From positions 384,001 through 448,000 of the forward strand of contig JBGAON010000002.1 of NCBI GenBank assembly GCA_044221725.1: a stretch of 64,000 nucleotides of DNA. The letters run 5' to 3'. Below, piece after piece: positions 27,226 to 35,966 of the stretch. Position 1 is the first letter of the stretch; each line of letters begins with the position of its first letter. Under the pieces are notes generated by a model. That model was not told where the DNA came from and made no database searches. It saw nothing but the letters and a program-made list of their open reading frames with translations. This DNA is from Elusimicrobiota bacterium. Its GTDB lineage: Bacteria > Elusimicrobiota > Elusimicrobia > F11. A program made the translations under genes and the position numbers.

Positions 27226-28759
27226 ATTCTCATATCGCACCCGCCAAGAAATCTGGGCCCAATTAAAATCTCGTCAACAAAAGCCTCTTAACGTTGCCAT
27301 CGTTGGCGGCGGTATTGTCGGTGCCGGTTTGCTGCGGGAGTTCGCGTTGCGCGGCGAGAATGACGTCGTCCTTTTCGAAAAAAAAGATTTCGCATCGGCG
27401 ACGAGTGGATATTCGAGCAAACTCATCCACGCAGGAATCCGTTATCTTGAACAAGTATGGGTTCATTTGAAACACCTTCGCGTCCTCGCCGCTTGGCAAA
27501 ATCTTCGGTTTGTTACTCAGGCTTCGTTGGAACGAAAACGTCTTGGCACGCTCGCTCCGGGCCTCGTCAAACCCAAGCCCATCTTTCTTGTGCTAGCGAA
27601 ATCCGACCCAAGGTCGGTTCTCAGTGTGATTTCAGGCGTTTGGATCTATTATTTGACGCAGCTTTGCCAAGGTCAATTTTTTTCGGTGCCCCGCATGGCG
27701 GTTTCAAAACGAGCAATAAAAAAAGCAGCGCCGGAGCTGGACTCTGACCGAGTAAAGGCCTGTTTTTCATTCTGGGACTCCGAAACCGACGATGCGCGGC
27801 TCGTCATCGAAACGCTTCGGTCGGCGTACGACAATGGCGCGAAAGCGCTCAACTACATGGAGCTAATCGAATATTCCCAGATGAGCGATCATGTCGAATT
27901 TGCGATAAAAGACAATGAGAGCGGAGAAATTCTTCGGCTTCGTGCAAAAAAGTTGATTGATGCGACCGGGCCGTTCGTTGATGACACGCGCCGTCGCGAA
28001 AATGTGACCCGTTCAAATGAGCCTCTTGTGGATCGTGTTGCCGGGGCCCATATCGATGTATACCCGGCCGTGTCCGACAAATCTTTTTACGTGAGCGCCA
28101 GTGACAACCGGCTCGTGTTTCTGCTCAAGCGGAACGAGGACGGCCTTGTCTACACCCGCATTGGCACCACCGAACGTCCGCTTGCCGAAAACGAATCGTC
28201 GGATGATCCAATTCCTACGACCGGCGAAATCGAATATCTGAAATCGATTGCAAAAGAATATTTCCCACAGGCGGTGATTGATAACAAAACGATTGTTCGC
28301 TTGAACTCAGGCATTCGTCCGCTGCGCGCTCAGCACGGCGTTGGAGCATTTCAGAAAAGCCGCGAGCACGATATTCTCGTGGAGGGAAATGTTGTTCGCG
28401 TGATCGGCGTTAAGCTGACGGATTTTCGCCGCGTTGCTGAAGAGGTGGGGGATTTGTTTCATTTGCCTAACAGGAATCGATCCAAAATCGTGCCGATTCG
28501 CTCGGAAGCCGTCGATCGGATTTATTGTGAGGCGTCTATGGAGGAGATTGTGCGCCGGACCATGCCTCTTCATTGGGACGATTACGTTCTTCGAAGAAAA
28601 GGCCTAAAGCCTCTGCTCGATCTGAAGATTCGGCCGAACGAATACCAGTCGGAATTTAATGCGTTCGCGGACCGAATGGGCTGGACATCCGAGCAGCGTC
28701 ACGCCGAAAAAGAAAACGTCAGCCAAAAACGAGAAGTCCCACGCCCGGGGGAAAGATAA
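27206..28759 (+). CDS. FAD-dependent glycerol-3-phosphate dehydrogenase/oxidase family protein
   Basis: IVGGGIVGAG, EKKDFASATSGYSSKLIHAGIRYLE, TDDARL, DATGPFVD and GIRPL motifs; divergent C-terminus. Confidence 0.82.
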   Translation: MAPSSAEFSYRTRQEIWAQLKSRQQKPLNVAIVGGGIVGAGLLREFALRGENDVVLFEKKDFASATSGYSSKLIHAGIRYLEQVWVHLKHLRVLAAWQNLRFVTQASLERKRLGTLAPGLVKPKPIFLVLAKSDPRSVLSVISGVWIYYLTQLCQGQFFSVPRMAVSKRAIKKAAPELDSDRVKACFSFWDSETDDARLVIETLRSAYDNGAKALNYMELIEYSQMSDHVEFAIKDNESGEILRLRAKKLIDATGPFVDDTRRRENVTRSNEPLVDRVAGAHIDVYPAVSDKSFYVSASDNRLVFLLKRNEDGLVYTRIGTTERPLAENESSDDPIPTTGEIEYLKSIAKEYFPQAVIDNKTIVRLNSGIRPLRAQHGVGAFQKSREHDILVEGNVVRVIGVKLTDFRRVAEEVGDLFHLPNRNRSKIVPIRSEAVDRIYCEASMEEIVRRTMPLHWDDYVLRRKGLKPLLDLKIRPNEYQSEFNAFADRMGWTSEQRHAEKENVSQKREVPRPGER

Positions 28760-28807
28760 GCGTAGGACTCTCGTAATCAGCTGACGTTTGTTAGACGTCG
28801 AAGTTGT

Positions 28808-29956
28808 TTAGAACGTGACCAAGAATTGCAGGGCGCCCGTGGACGCGCTGTCTTTTGCCACTCCTTTGTCATCCACCCAGAGTTTCTTGTTGGATGTGTC
28901 GTAGCGATATTCCGCACGAACTTGAATATTGTCGGTGAGTTTGTAACCCGGCGTAATTGTGAAGTTCGTTTCGCAGGTGTCTTTGATCAATGTCGAAACT
29001 CCACCCGCGGCGTTGTTGCGGTAGCCTTGCGGATCGGAGAAATATTCCAGACGTGCACCAACCGTGAACTTGTCGGTGAAGTGAACGAGAGGTTGGATGC
29101 CAGCGCCGCTCCAGCTCGCGCGATCATCCTGAAGTCCTCCGCCGTCAAAATCCCCGGCATTTCTTTCGCTACCAGCATTCGCTTGGAGATAAAGATCCGT
29201 CTTCGGAATGATCTTCGTGAGAATTGTGATGTCAGCGCTGTCGCGGATATTGCCGGACTTGCCGTCCACGATGCCATTAACCGTGCTCTGGTTCTGTTCC
29301 GGACCGGACAAACCAGAAATCGTAACGGATAATGGATCGCCGAAGTTCAAGCCGATTTTTCCAACGAGTGTTTTGCCAGGATTGTTGTCATTTGGAACGT
29401 CCCAACCGTTGACCACACCGGCGGCCACATCGAATTTTCCCATTGCGTAGGACAGCACGCCGCCCACATGCGTGAAAGGCTCAGCCAAACCATAAAGATA
29501 ACCACGGCTAATCGTGGGGTTTGCATTGGTCTCGATCACTTCGATACCTTCGAAGGTCGCGAACTTACCCGCTTTAATTCCGAGATGCGTGATCGGGCAT
29601 TTGTAGGTCAAATAGCCTTCTTGAAGAACAACGGCGGATCCACTCGCGCCACCAACGGTCACGTTGGCATCATGACCGGCATCCAAGTCGACCACGTAAC
29701 CAATTCCTTCCCCGAAAGAACCAGCCAGTGATACGTGTGCCGTGTTAGCAATGTTGTTGTTTTGCGCATCGTAGCTGCGAAGAGTGGTCGTTTCCGATGC
29801 GGGTTTGTTGAAGTTATATCCGTACTGAGTATCGACATAACCGCTGATGGTTGGGCCGGTCATCGTTGTTTCACCGTTTACCATCGTTGTTGCTGCTATC
29901 AATGGAAGTACCATCCCAACAGCGCGTAGGATGTTCCCCCTGTTATTCCTAATCAT
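28808..29956 (-). CDS. Outer-membrane beta-barrel porin (BBP2/DUF1597-like; relatives often near ammonium-uptake genes)
   Basis: ISGYVDTQYGYNFNKP, GKFATFEGIEVI, EPFTHVG, VVNGWD and RAEYRYD motifs; terminal F; SD AAGGAGG. Confidence 0.8.
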   Translation of the reverse strand: MIRNNRGNILRAVGMVLPLIAATTMVNGETTMTGPTISGYVDTQYGYNFNKPASETTTLRSYDAQNNNIANTAHVSLAGSFGEGIGYVVDLDAGHDANVTVGGASGSAVVLQEGYLTYKCPITHLGIKAGKFATFEGIEVIETNANPTISRGYLYGLAEPFTHVGGVLSYAMGKFDVAAGVVNGWDVPNDNNPGKTLVGKIGLNFGDPLSVTISGLSGPEQNQSTVNGIVDGKSGNIRDSADITILTKIIPKTDLYLQANAGSERNAGDFDGGGLQDDRASWSGAGIQPLVHFTDKFTVGARLEYFSDPQGYRNNAAGGVSTLIKDTCETNFTITPGYKLTDNIQVRAEYRYDTSNKKLWVDDKGVAKDSASTGALQFLVTF

Positions 29957-30010
29957 GTACTTAGCCTCCTTAAGTATTAAGCCTCTTTAACCATCGGGAA
30001 GCAATTTGGC

Positions 30011-30045
30011 AAAAAAAAACCTTCTCAAGATGATTCCTGAGAAGG
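30011..30045 (-). terminator. Leader (attenuator) intrinsic terminator upstream of the porin start codon
   Basis: Minus strand CCTTCTCAGGA-ATCA-TCTTGAGAAGG followed by T9, ending 54 nt before the ATG. Confidence 0.9.
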
Positions 30046-30078
30046 CTACATTGCCGAACTGCTCGCCCGCATCGTTGC
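30044..30078 (-). promoter_or_regulatory. ANTAR-protein target RNA (dual hexaloop antitermination motif)
   Basis: Minus strand GC-AACGAT-GC, 13-nt linker, GGC-AATGTA-GCC; both loops have A1/G4; the second stem overlaps the terminator 5' arm. Confidence 0.8.
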
Positions 30079-30091
30079 TTGCGATGTGTGC

Positions 30092-30121
30092 CTGATACCA
30101 GAAAAGTTTTTTGCGTGTCAA
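30092..30121 (-). promoter_or_regulatory. Probable promoter of the porin leader
   Basis: Minus strand TTGACA-18 bp-TATCAG with TG extension; imperfect -10. Confidence 0.5.
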
Positions 30122-30182
30122 CTCTTTTTTATTTCGTTTTTGCAATTTGATTGTGTTTCCTGCGATGTGATATCGTCGCGAT

Positions 30183-30467
30183 ATGGAAATTATCGACGAG
30201 CTTACCCAAAAAGTTCAGCAGGCTGCCGAAGAATTGATTTCTCTAAAAAAAGAGCGTCAGCAAACGCTTGCGGAGCTGGATCAGCTTCGGTCACAGTTGC
30301 GCGATTACCAAACGACGCGCCGCGATAACGAAAAATTACGAAGGGATCAAGATCAGCTTCGAACCCGCCTACAGAAGCTCCAAAAGAAGATCGAGAAACA
30401 TTTGCTTGTAGAAACAACGCTGGCATCCCAGATGAGAGGAGACTTCAATGAAGAACGTCCTCAATGA
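30183..30467 (+). CDS. ZapB-like coiled-coil cell division protein
   Basis: All-heptad coiled coil directly upstream of and overlapping zapA. Confidence 0.65.
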   Translation: MEIIDELTQKVQQAAEELISLKKERQQTLAELDQLRSQLRDYQTTRRDNEKLRRDQDQLRTRLQKLQKKIEKHLLVETTLASQMRGDFNEERPQ

Positions 30468-30747
30468 ACGCGTGCGCGTCCTTATTTTTGGACGCGAATA
30501 CGAAATGGATCCGGGGGGATTAACACCTCTCGAAGTGCAGAGTTTGGCGACGTTTGTTGACGACAAAATGCGCGAGATCGCCGAAGATTTTTCGATTGTC
30601 GATACACAGAAGGTGGCCGTGCTGGCCGCAATCAACATTGCGTTGGATTATTTGCAGCTCAAAGAGAAAGGCCAATCGAAGGGAAAAGATCTCACCGAGC
30701 AGTTGCAGTCGCTTTCCGAAACGTTAACGCACGCACTGAATCGATAA
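30448..30747 (+). CDS. zapA: Cell division protein ZapA
   Basis: VLIFGREY, LATFVDDKMREI and VAVLAAINIA motifs. Confidence 0.9.
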   Translation: MKNVLNERVRVLIFGREYEMDPGGLTPLEVQSLATFVDDKMREIAEDFSIVDTQKVAVLAAINIALDYLQLKEKGQSKGKDLTEQLQSLSETLTHALNR

Positions 30748-30748
30748 G

Positions 30749-32065
30749 TTGGAACTCTTTCAAACCAAACCCGCGCCCGTTATTTCGTCTTCGTCTCCGT
30801 TAGCGGCGCGCATGGCTCCCCGCGACTGGCCGGAGTTTATTGGCCAAGAACATCTCGTTTCCAACGGAAGTTTGCTTCGCCGCGCCATTGAAGCCGATCG
30901 CTTGGGATCGAGTATTTTCTTCGGTCCGCCCGGAACCGGTAAAACAGCGTTGGCACGCATGGCCGCAAAAAAATCGCAGGCGGCCATTGAATACGTGAAC
31001 GCGGTGACAGCGGGTGTTGCCGAACTTCGCAATGTCGTAAAGCGCGCCATTGATCGCAAGCGCGCCAATGGTCAACGCACGCTTTTGATCGTGGACGAAA
31101 TCCACCACTTCAACCGCAGCCAACAAGATTCGTTATTGCCTGATGTGGAGCGTGGGAATCTCACGCTGGTCGGGCTCACGACGGAGAATCCTTATTTTTA
31201 TGTGAACACGGCGCTCATGTCGCGTTCCACCGCGTTTGAATTCAAACCCCTTAGCGATCAGGCTCTGCGACGCATTTATGATAATGCCCTCGTCGATTCG
31301 GATCGTGGTTTGGGGAATTTCAAAACAAATATCTCCGACGAAGCGCGCGATCACTTTATTCGTTGGGCCGAAGGCGACGCACGGCGGATGCTGAACTCGT
31401 TGGAATTGGCAGTGACCACAACAACGGCCAAAGACGATGCAATCGTCATCGATCTCGATGTCGCGCAAGCATCAACACAAAAGCGACCGATTCGTTACGA
31501 CAAATCCGGTGACGAGCATTACGACACAATTTCCGCATTTATTAAATCGATGCGCGGCAGCGATCCCGATGCGGCTCTTTATTGGATGGCGAAAATGTTG
31601 TTGGCGGGGGAAGATCCGCGGTTTGTTGCGCGACGCATAATGATTTTTGCGGCGGAAGATGTTGGTAACGCGGATCCCCAGGCGATCGCGGTCGCCACCT
31701 CCGCGGCGCGAATGGTGGAGATGGTCGGCATGCCGGAAGCGCGAATTCCATTGGCGCAAGCCGTAACGTACGTGGCAACCGCACCAAAATCGAACGCCGC
31801 CTATATGGCCATCGCCAAGGCCGAAGAAGAAGTGAAAACCGGAAAGCGACGAGAGGTACCAAACGCTCTGAAGGATTCGAGCGGCGATGCGAAGTCCCGT
31901 GGGCATGGCGACGACTACCTTTATCCGCACAATTTTCCCGGGCACCATGTTAAGCAAACGTACATGCCGCAACGCGTAAATTTTTACGAACCATCCGATC
32001 AGGGTTTTGAAGTTGAAATCAAAAAGCGACTAGAAGAATGGCGCAAAAAAAATCCAGCGAAGTAA
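30749..32065 (+). CDS. rarA: Replication-associated recombination protein A (MgsA/RarA AAA+ ATPase)
   Basis: PLAARM, GPPGTGKT, DEIH, TTENP and HYDTISAFIKSMRGSDPDAA motifs. Confidence 0.96.
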   Translation: MELFQTKPAPVISSSSPLAARMAPRDWPEFIGQEHLVSNGSLLRRAIEADRLGSSIFFGPPGTGKTALARMAAKKSQAAIEYVNAVTAGVAELRNVVKRAIDRKRANGQRTLLIVDEIHHFNRSQQDSLLPDVERGNLTLVGLTTENPYFYVNTALMSRSTAFEFKPLSDQALRRIYDNALVDSDRGLGNFKTNISDEARDHFIRWAEGDARRMLNSLELAVTTTTAKDDAIVIDLDVAQASTQKRPIRYDKSGDEHYDTISAFIKSMRGSDPDAALYWMAKMLLAGEDPRFVARRIMIFAAEDVGNADPQAIAVATSAARMVEMVGMPEARIPLAQAVTYVATAPKSNAAYMAIAKAEEEVKTGKRREVPNALKDSSGDAKSRGHGDDYLYPHNFPGHHVKQTYMPQRVNFYEPSDQGFEVEIKKRLEEWRKKNPAK

Positions 32066-32628
32066 TCCCAGTGGAGGAATCCAAGCGTTGGCTTCGGCGC
32101 GCGCTGGTACGTCAACGTCAAGCGATCCCCGAGAAGGAACGCGTGCGGTTGAGCAAGCGAGCGCTTCAATCCTTATTTCGTTCCTCTGATTATAAAAAGG
32201 CAAAAGTCGTCGCCTCGTTCGTCAATTTTGGGAGCGAATTGGTCACCGACGGATTAACGCAGCGCGCATGGAAGGATCGCAAAAAGGTTTTGATTCCTGT
32301 TACTTCGCATGGATTTCACGATCCTTTTTTTGTTTTGTTCTCAAAAAAAGACCGGTTAAAGAAGACCGCGCATGGCCCATTCGAATTGCACCGGAAGAAG
32401 CAACGGGTTCCATTTAATTCCATCGATCTTGTGCTGGTACCGGGACTTGGCTTTGACCAAAAAGGGCGGCGTTTGGGGTATGGCGGAGGCGTGTATGACC
32501 GCATTCTCTCGAAGACGCCGCGGGCGAAACATGTGGGGCTTTTTTTCTCAGCCCAAGGCCTATCGGTTCTGCCGCTGGCCGCACACGATCAAACCATGGA
32601 TGCTATTGTGACGGAAAATCGCGTATAA
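32038..32628 (+). CDS. ygfA: 5-formyltetrahydrofolate cyclo-ligase
   Basis: IDLVLVPGLGFDQKGRRLGYGGGVYDR; HDQTMDAIVTE. Confidence 0.93.
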   Translation: MAQKKSSEVIPVEESKRWLRRALVRQRQAIPEKERVRLSKRALQSLFRSSDYKKAKVVASFVNFGSELVTDGLTQRAWKDRKKVLIPVTSHGFHDPFFVLFSKKDRLKKTAHGPFELHRKKQRVPFNSIDLVLVPGLGFDQKGRRLGYGGGVYDRILSKTPRAKHVGLFFSAQGLSVLPLAAHDQTMDAIVTENRV

Positions 32629-32637
32629 TCGGCCGGC

Positions 32638-34530
32638 ATGGCACTTATTGAAATGATTAAAAATCCAACAGACCTTCGACATTTAAAACCTGAACTCTTG
32701 CCCGATGTGGCGAGAGAAATTCGGAAAAAAATTATTGATGTAACTGCGCAGACAGGCGGGCATCTCGGCGCATCGCTCGGTTGCACGGATCTCGCGGTCG
32801 CGCTCCATTATGTTTTTGATTCTCCGAACGACAAATTAATTTGGGATACCGGCCATCAAGCCTACGCGCACAAACTTCTTACGGGCCGTTGGGATAAATT
32901 CCACACACTTCGTCAGTACGGCGGCATCAGCGGATTTCTCAATCGCAGCGAATCCGAGCACGATGCGTTTGGCGCCGGTCACGCATCAACCGCCATCTCC
33001 GCCGCTCTTGGCTTCGCAGCGGCACGCGATCAGCTGAAACAAAATCACAAAGTTGTGGCGATTGTTAACGATGGATCCATCACGGGCGGCATGGCGTTCG
33101 AAGGACTTCAAAACGCCGGCAATCTCGGATCCGATTTGATCGTTGTGTTGAACGATAACCAGATGTTTATTTCCCATCGCGTCGGCGCTGTGGGCGCATT
33201 CCTCGCCAAATTTTTAACCGGAGATTCCTATACGCGTTTTGAAGATCGCGTTCGTCAATTTCTCACACGACTCCATTTCTGGGGAAGCCATCTTTTGCGC
33301 CTCGCGAAGAGAGTCAAAGTCTTGCTTTTCCCGGGGCTTCTTTTCGAAGAGATGGGGTTCGGTTACCTCGGCCCGATCGACGGTCATGACCTACCTAAGC
33401 TGATCGAAGTGCTGCAAGGCGTAAAGAAAATGAAGGGGCCGGTTCTGCTGCACGTGGTGACAAAAAAAGGCCGCGGTTACGAAAAGGCAGAAAATGATCC
33501 CATCAAATACCACGGTGTCAGTAAATGGAATCCGGAAACCGGAGAGTTGGCCAAAGCGCCGGATGGTCCTCCAACCTACACAAAAGTTTTTGGTCAATCG
33601 CTGTGCAAACTCGCGAAAGAAGACGAGAAAATTGTTGGTATTACGGCGGCCATGCCCGAAGGCACCGGAATGGATTTGTTCCGCGACAAATTTAAGAGCC
33701 GCTATTATGATGTTGGGCTCGGTGAGCAACACGCGGTGACCTTTGCGGGTGGTCTTGCCTGCGGCGGAATTAAACCGGTTGTCGCTATTTATTCAACGTT
33801 CTTGCAGCGCGCGTACGATCAAATCGAGCACGACATTGCGCTCCAAAAGCTTCCGGTCGTTTTCTGCTTGGATCGTGGTGGTTTGGTAGGGGATGACGGC
33901 GCAACGCATCACGGTGTTTTCGATTTATCCTATTTGCGTATGATTCCGAACATGACGGTCATGGCGCCAAAAGACGAGAACGAACTTCAGCATATGCTGA
34001 AAACAGCTTTGAATCATCACACGGGGCCAGTGGCCATTCGCTATCCACGTGGTGCCGGTCTTGGTGTTCCGCTTGAAACCACGTTTCACTTGTTGCCATG
34101 GGGAAAAGGCGAGGTGGTGCGGGAAGGTGCAGATGTTGCGATTCTCGCCATTGGCAATATGGTTCAACCTTCTTTTGCGGCCGCCGAAACTCTTTCAAAA
34201 GAAGGAATCAATGCGAAAGTTATTAATGCGCGCTTTGTGAAGCCCATCGATCGCGCATGGTTGATTGAAACGCTAAAAGGAATTTCGCAAGTGGTGACGG
34301 TCGAAGAAAACGCCATTGCTGGCGGTTTCGGCAGCGCGATTCGAGAAATATTAGAAGGCGAAAATATCGCGGTCACGAGTATTGGAATTCCAGACAAATT
34401 TATCGAACACGGTACGCAGCAGAAGCTGCGGAGTCTCGTAGGTCTTACGGAAGAGAATATCTCGCACACGGTTCGTCAGGTTCACGCCGGCCACCCGGTA
34501 AAATTGCCCACCAACTTCCTTCCAAATTAA
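32638..34530 (+). CDS. dxs: 1-deoxy-D-xylulose-5-phosphate synthase
   Basis: GGHLGASLG, WDTGHQAYAHK, GAGHASTAISA, YSTFLQRAYDQ and DGATHHG motifs. Confidence 0.98.
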   Translation: MALIEMIKNPTDLRHLKPELLPDVAREIRKKIIDVTAQTGGHLGASLGCTDLAVALHYVFDSPNDKLIWDTGHQAYAHKLLTGRWDKFHTLRQYGGISGFLNRSESEHDAFGAGHASTAISAALGFAAARDQLKQNHKVVAIVNDGSITGGMAFEGLQNAGNLGSDLIVVLNDNQMFISHRVGAVGAFLAKFLTGDSYTRFEDRVRQFLTRLHFWGSHLLRLAKRVKVLLFPGLLFEEMGFGYLGPIDGHDLPKLIEVLQGVKKMKGPVLLHVVTKKGRGYEKAENDPIKYHGVSKWNPETGELAKAPDGPPTYTKVFGQSLCKLAKEDEKIVGITAAMPEGTGMDLFRDKFKSRYYDVGLGEQHAVTFAGGLACGGIKPVVAIYSTFLQRAYDQIEHDIALQKLPVVFCLDRGGLVGDDGATHHGVFDLSYLRMIPNMTVMAPKDENELQHMLKTALNHHTGPVAIRYPRGAGLGVPLETTFHLLPWGKGEVVREGADVAILAIGNMVQPSFAAAETLSKEGINAKVINARFVKPIDRAWLIETLKGISQVVTVEENAIAGGFGSAIREILEGENIAVTSIGIPDKFIEHGTQQKLRSLVGLTEENISHTVRQVHAGHPVKLPTNFLPN

Positions 34531-34531
34531 T

Positions 34532-35284
34532 CTGTCCAACAACTTCGAACAGAAATCCAAAAAAGAGCGGCTCGATGTACTGCTTGTTGAATGTGGATTG
34601 GCTGACAGTCGCACGAAAGCCCAAGCGCTAATTCTTGCCGGCCAAGTTCTTGTTGACGGGGAAAAAGTCGACAAAGTTGGACATCTTTTCTCTCGATCAA
34701 CAAAGATTCAGTTGTTAGCGGGTCCGAAATACGTTTCGCGCGGTGGCGAAAAACTCGAAGGAGCGCTCAACGATTTCAATATCGTGGTCTCCGAACTGGT
34801 ATGTCTGGATGTGGGGTCATCCACGGGGGGATTTACTGATTGTTTGCTTCAGCGTGGCGCGGCGCATGTGTACGCGGTGGATGTGGGCAAAGGGCAACTC
34901 GATATGTCTCTCCGCAACGATTCTCGCGTTTCCGTTTTCGAAGAAACTCATGTTCGCAACATAACGCCAAATCTTTTTCGAAAGCCGCCGCAAATGGCCG
35001 TAATCGATGTGTCATTTATTTCGTTGAAAAATGTACTTCCATTCGTGAAAAGCGTGATACTTCCGGGGGCAACGGTTCTTGCGATGGTGAAGCCACAGTT
35101 TGAGGTCGGGGCGAAGTTTCTAAAGAAAGGCGTCGTTCGGTCGGAAGAAATTCAAAAATCAGCGGTTCGGGCCGTGGCAGATTTTGCGGTGAGCATCGGG
35201 TTTGAAGTGCGCGGAGAGTCAGCCGCAGCGATCAAAGGTCCAAAAGGCAATCAAGAATACTTCTTGTGGTTGGTTCGTTATTGA
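34532..35284 (+). CDS. tlyA: TlyA family rRNA methyltransferase/hemolysin; probable non-canonical start
   Basis: S4 motif KKERLDVLLV upstream of the tracked TTG 34598; YVSRGGEKL, DVGSSTGGFTD, DVSFISL, KPQFE and GPKGNQEY motifs. Confidence 0.9.
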   Translation: MSNNFEQKSKKERLDVLLVECGLADSRTKAQALILAGQVLVDGEKVDKVGHLFSRSTKIQLLAGPKYVSRGGEKLEGALNDFNIVVSELVCLDVGSSTGGFTDCLLQRGAAHVYAVDVGKGQLDMSLRNDSRVSVFEETHVRNITPNLFRKPPQMAVIDVSFISLKNVLPFVKSVILPGATVLAMVKPQFEVGAKFLKKGVVRSEEIQKSAVRAVADFAVSIGFEVRGESAAAIKGPKGNQEYFLWLVRY

Positions 35285-35904
35285 AGCTTCACAACTTTTC
35301 CGCAGGCTCCGCCTTCCCCGATCGCAAAATACGTGCCCGCCGCGACTCCTGCCCCGTCCCAATGAATATATCCTTGAATGGGAGTAAGATCTTTTTTTAC
35401 GGCCAATCCATTTTTTGTGACCATGTCGACTTTGTGAGAGCAAGGGAAAACGGCTTCGGGGATACCAGGTTTTATCGTACGGATATTGGTCGGTAAATTT
35501 CCAGCGCCGGGCGGAGGGGGTGTGTTAGTTGGACCGCATTCGCTGTCGCAGACAAAAAGGATGGCTGCATCGCTCACTACCTGGCCCGCATTGTTAACGA
35601 CAAGACAATTGAATTCGGCTCCGCTGTCGCCCACCCCCGTGATTGGTGTTGTGTAGGTCGCATTATTTGCTCCGACAATTTCCACGCCGTTTTTGCCCCA
35701 GTGATATTGAAGTGGCTCGGTTCCGGAGGCCACCACGGTAAAAGTTGCTGTCTGACCTTTTTTGACCATCGTGCTAACCGGTTCTTGAACTATTTTTGGA
35801 GCCACATCCGTGGGCTTTGGCGGAGGGCGGGGGCCCGAAAAACAAGTGGAATTGAGGCTTAATCCTAACGCGGCGACATAAATAACGTGAATGGATTTAT
35901 TCAT
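35278..35904 (-). CDS. Secreted immunoglobulin I-set domain protein
   Basis: Signal peptide; APKIVQEP..TATFTVVASGTEPLQYHW..NGVEIVGAN..DSGAEFNCLVVN; short WDG..VAAGTY C-terminal module. Confidence 0.85.
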   Translation of the reverse strand: MNKSIHVIYVAALGLSLNSTCFSGPRPPPKPTDVAPKIVQEPVSTMVKKGQTATFTVVASGTEPLQYHWGKNGVEIVGANNATYTTPITGVGDSGAEFNCLVVNNAGQVVSDAAILFVCDSECGPTNTPPPPGAGNLPTNIRTIKPGIPEAVFPCSHKVDMVTKNGLAVKKDLTPIQGYIHWDGAGVAAGTYFAIGEGGACGKVVKLQ

Positions 35905-35966
35905 GCATACAGTATAATCGGCCGGTTTTAAAATTTCTACCGCTTTGCGGTCATGGAGTTATCTTA

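Noticed and set aside
30747..32038. 6S RNA (ssrS), often located between zapA and ygfA
   Set aside because: rarA fills the interval with a 1-nt gap and an overlap, leaving no room
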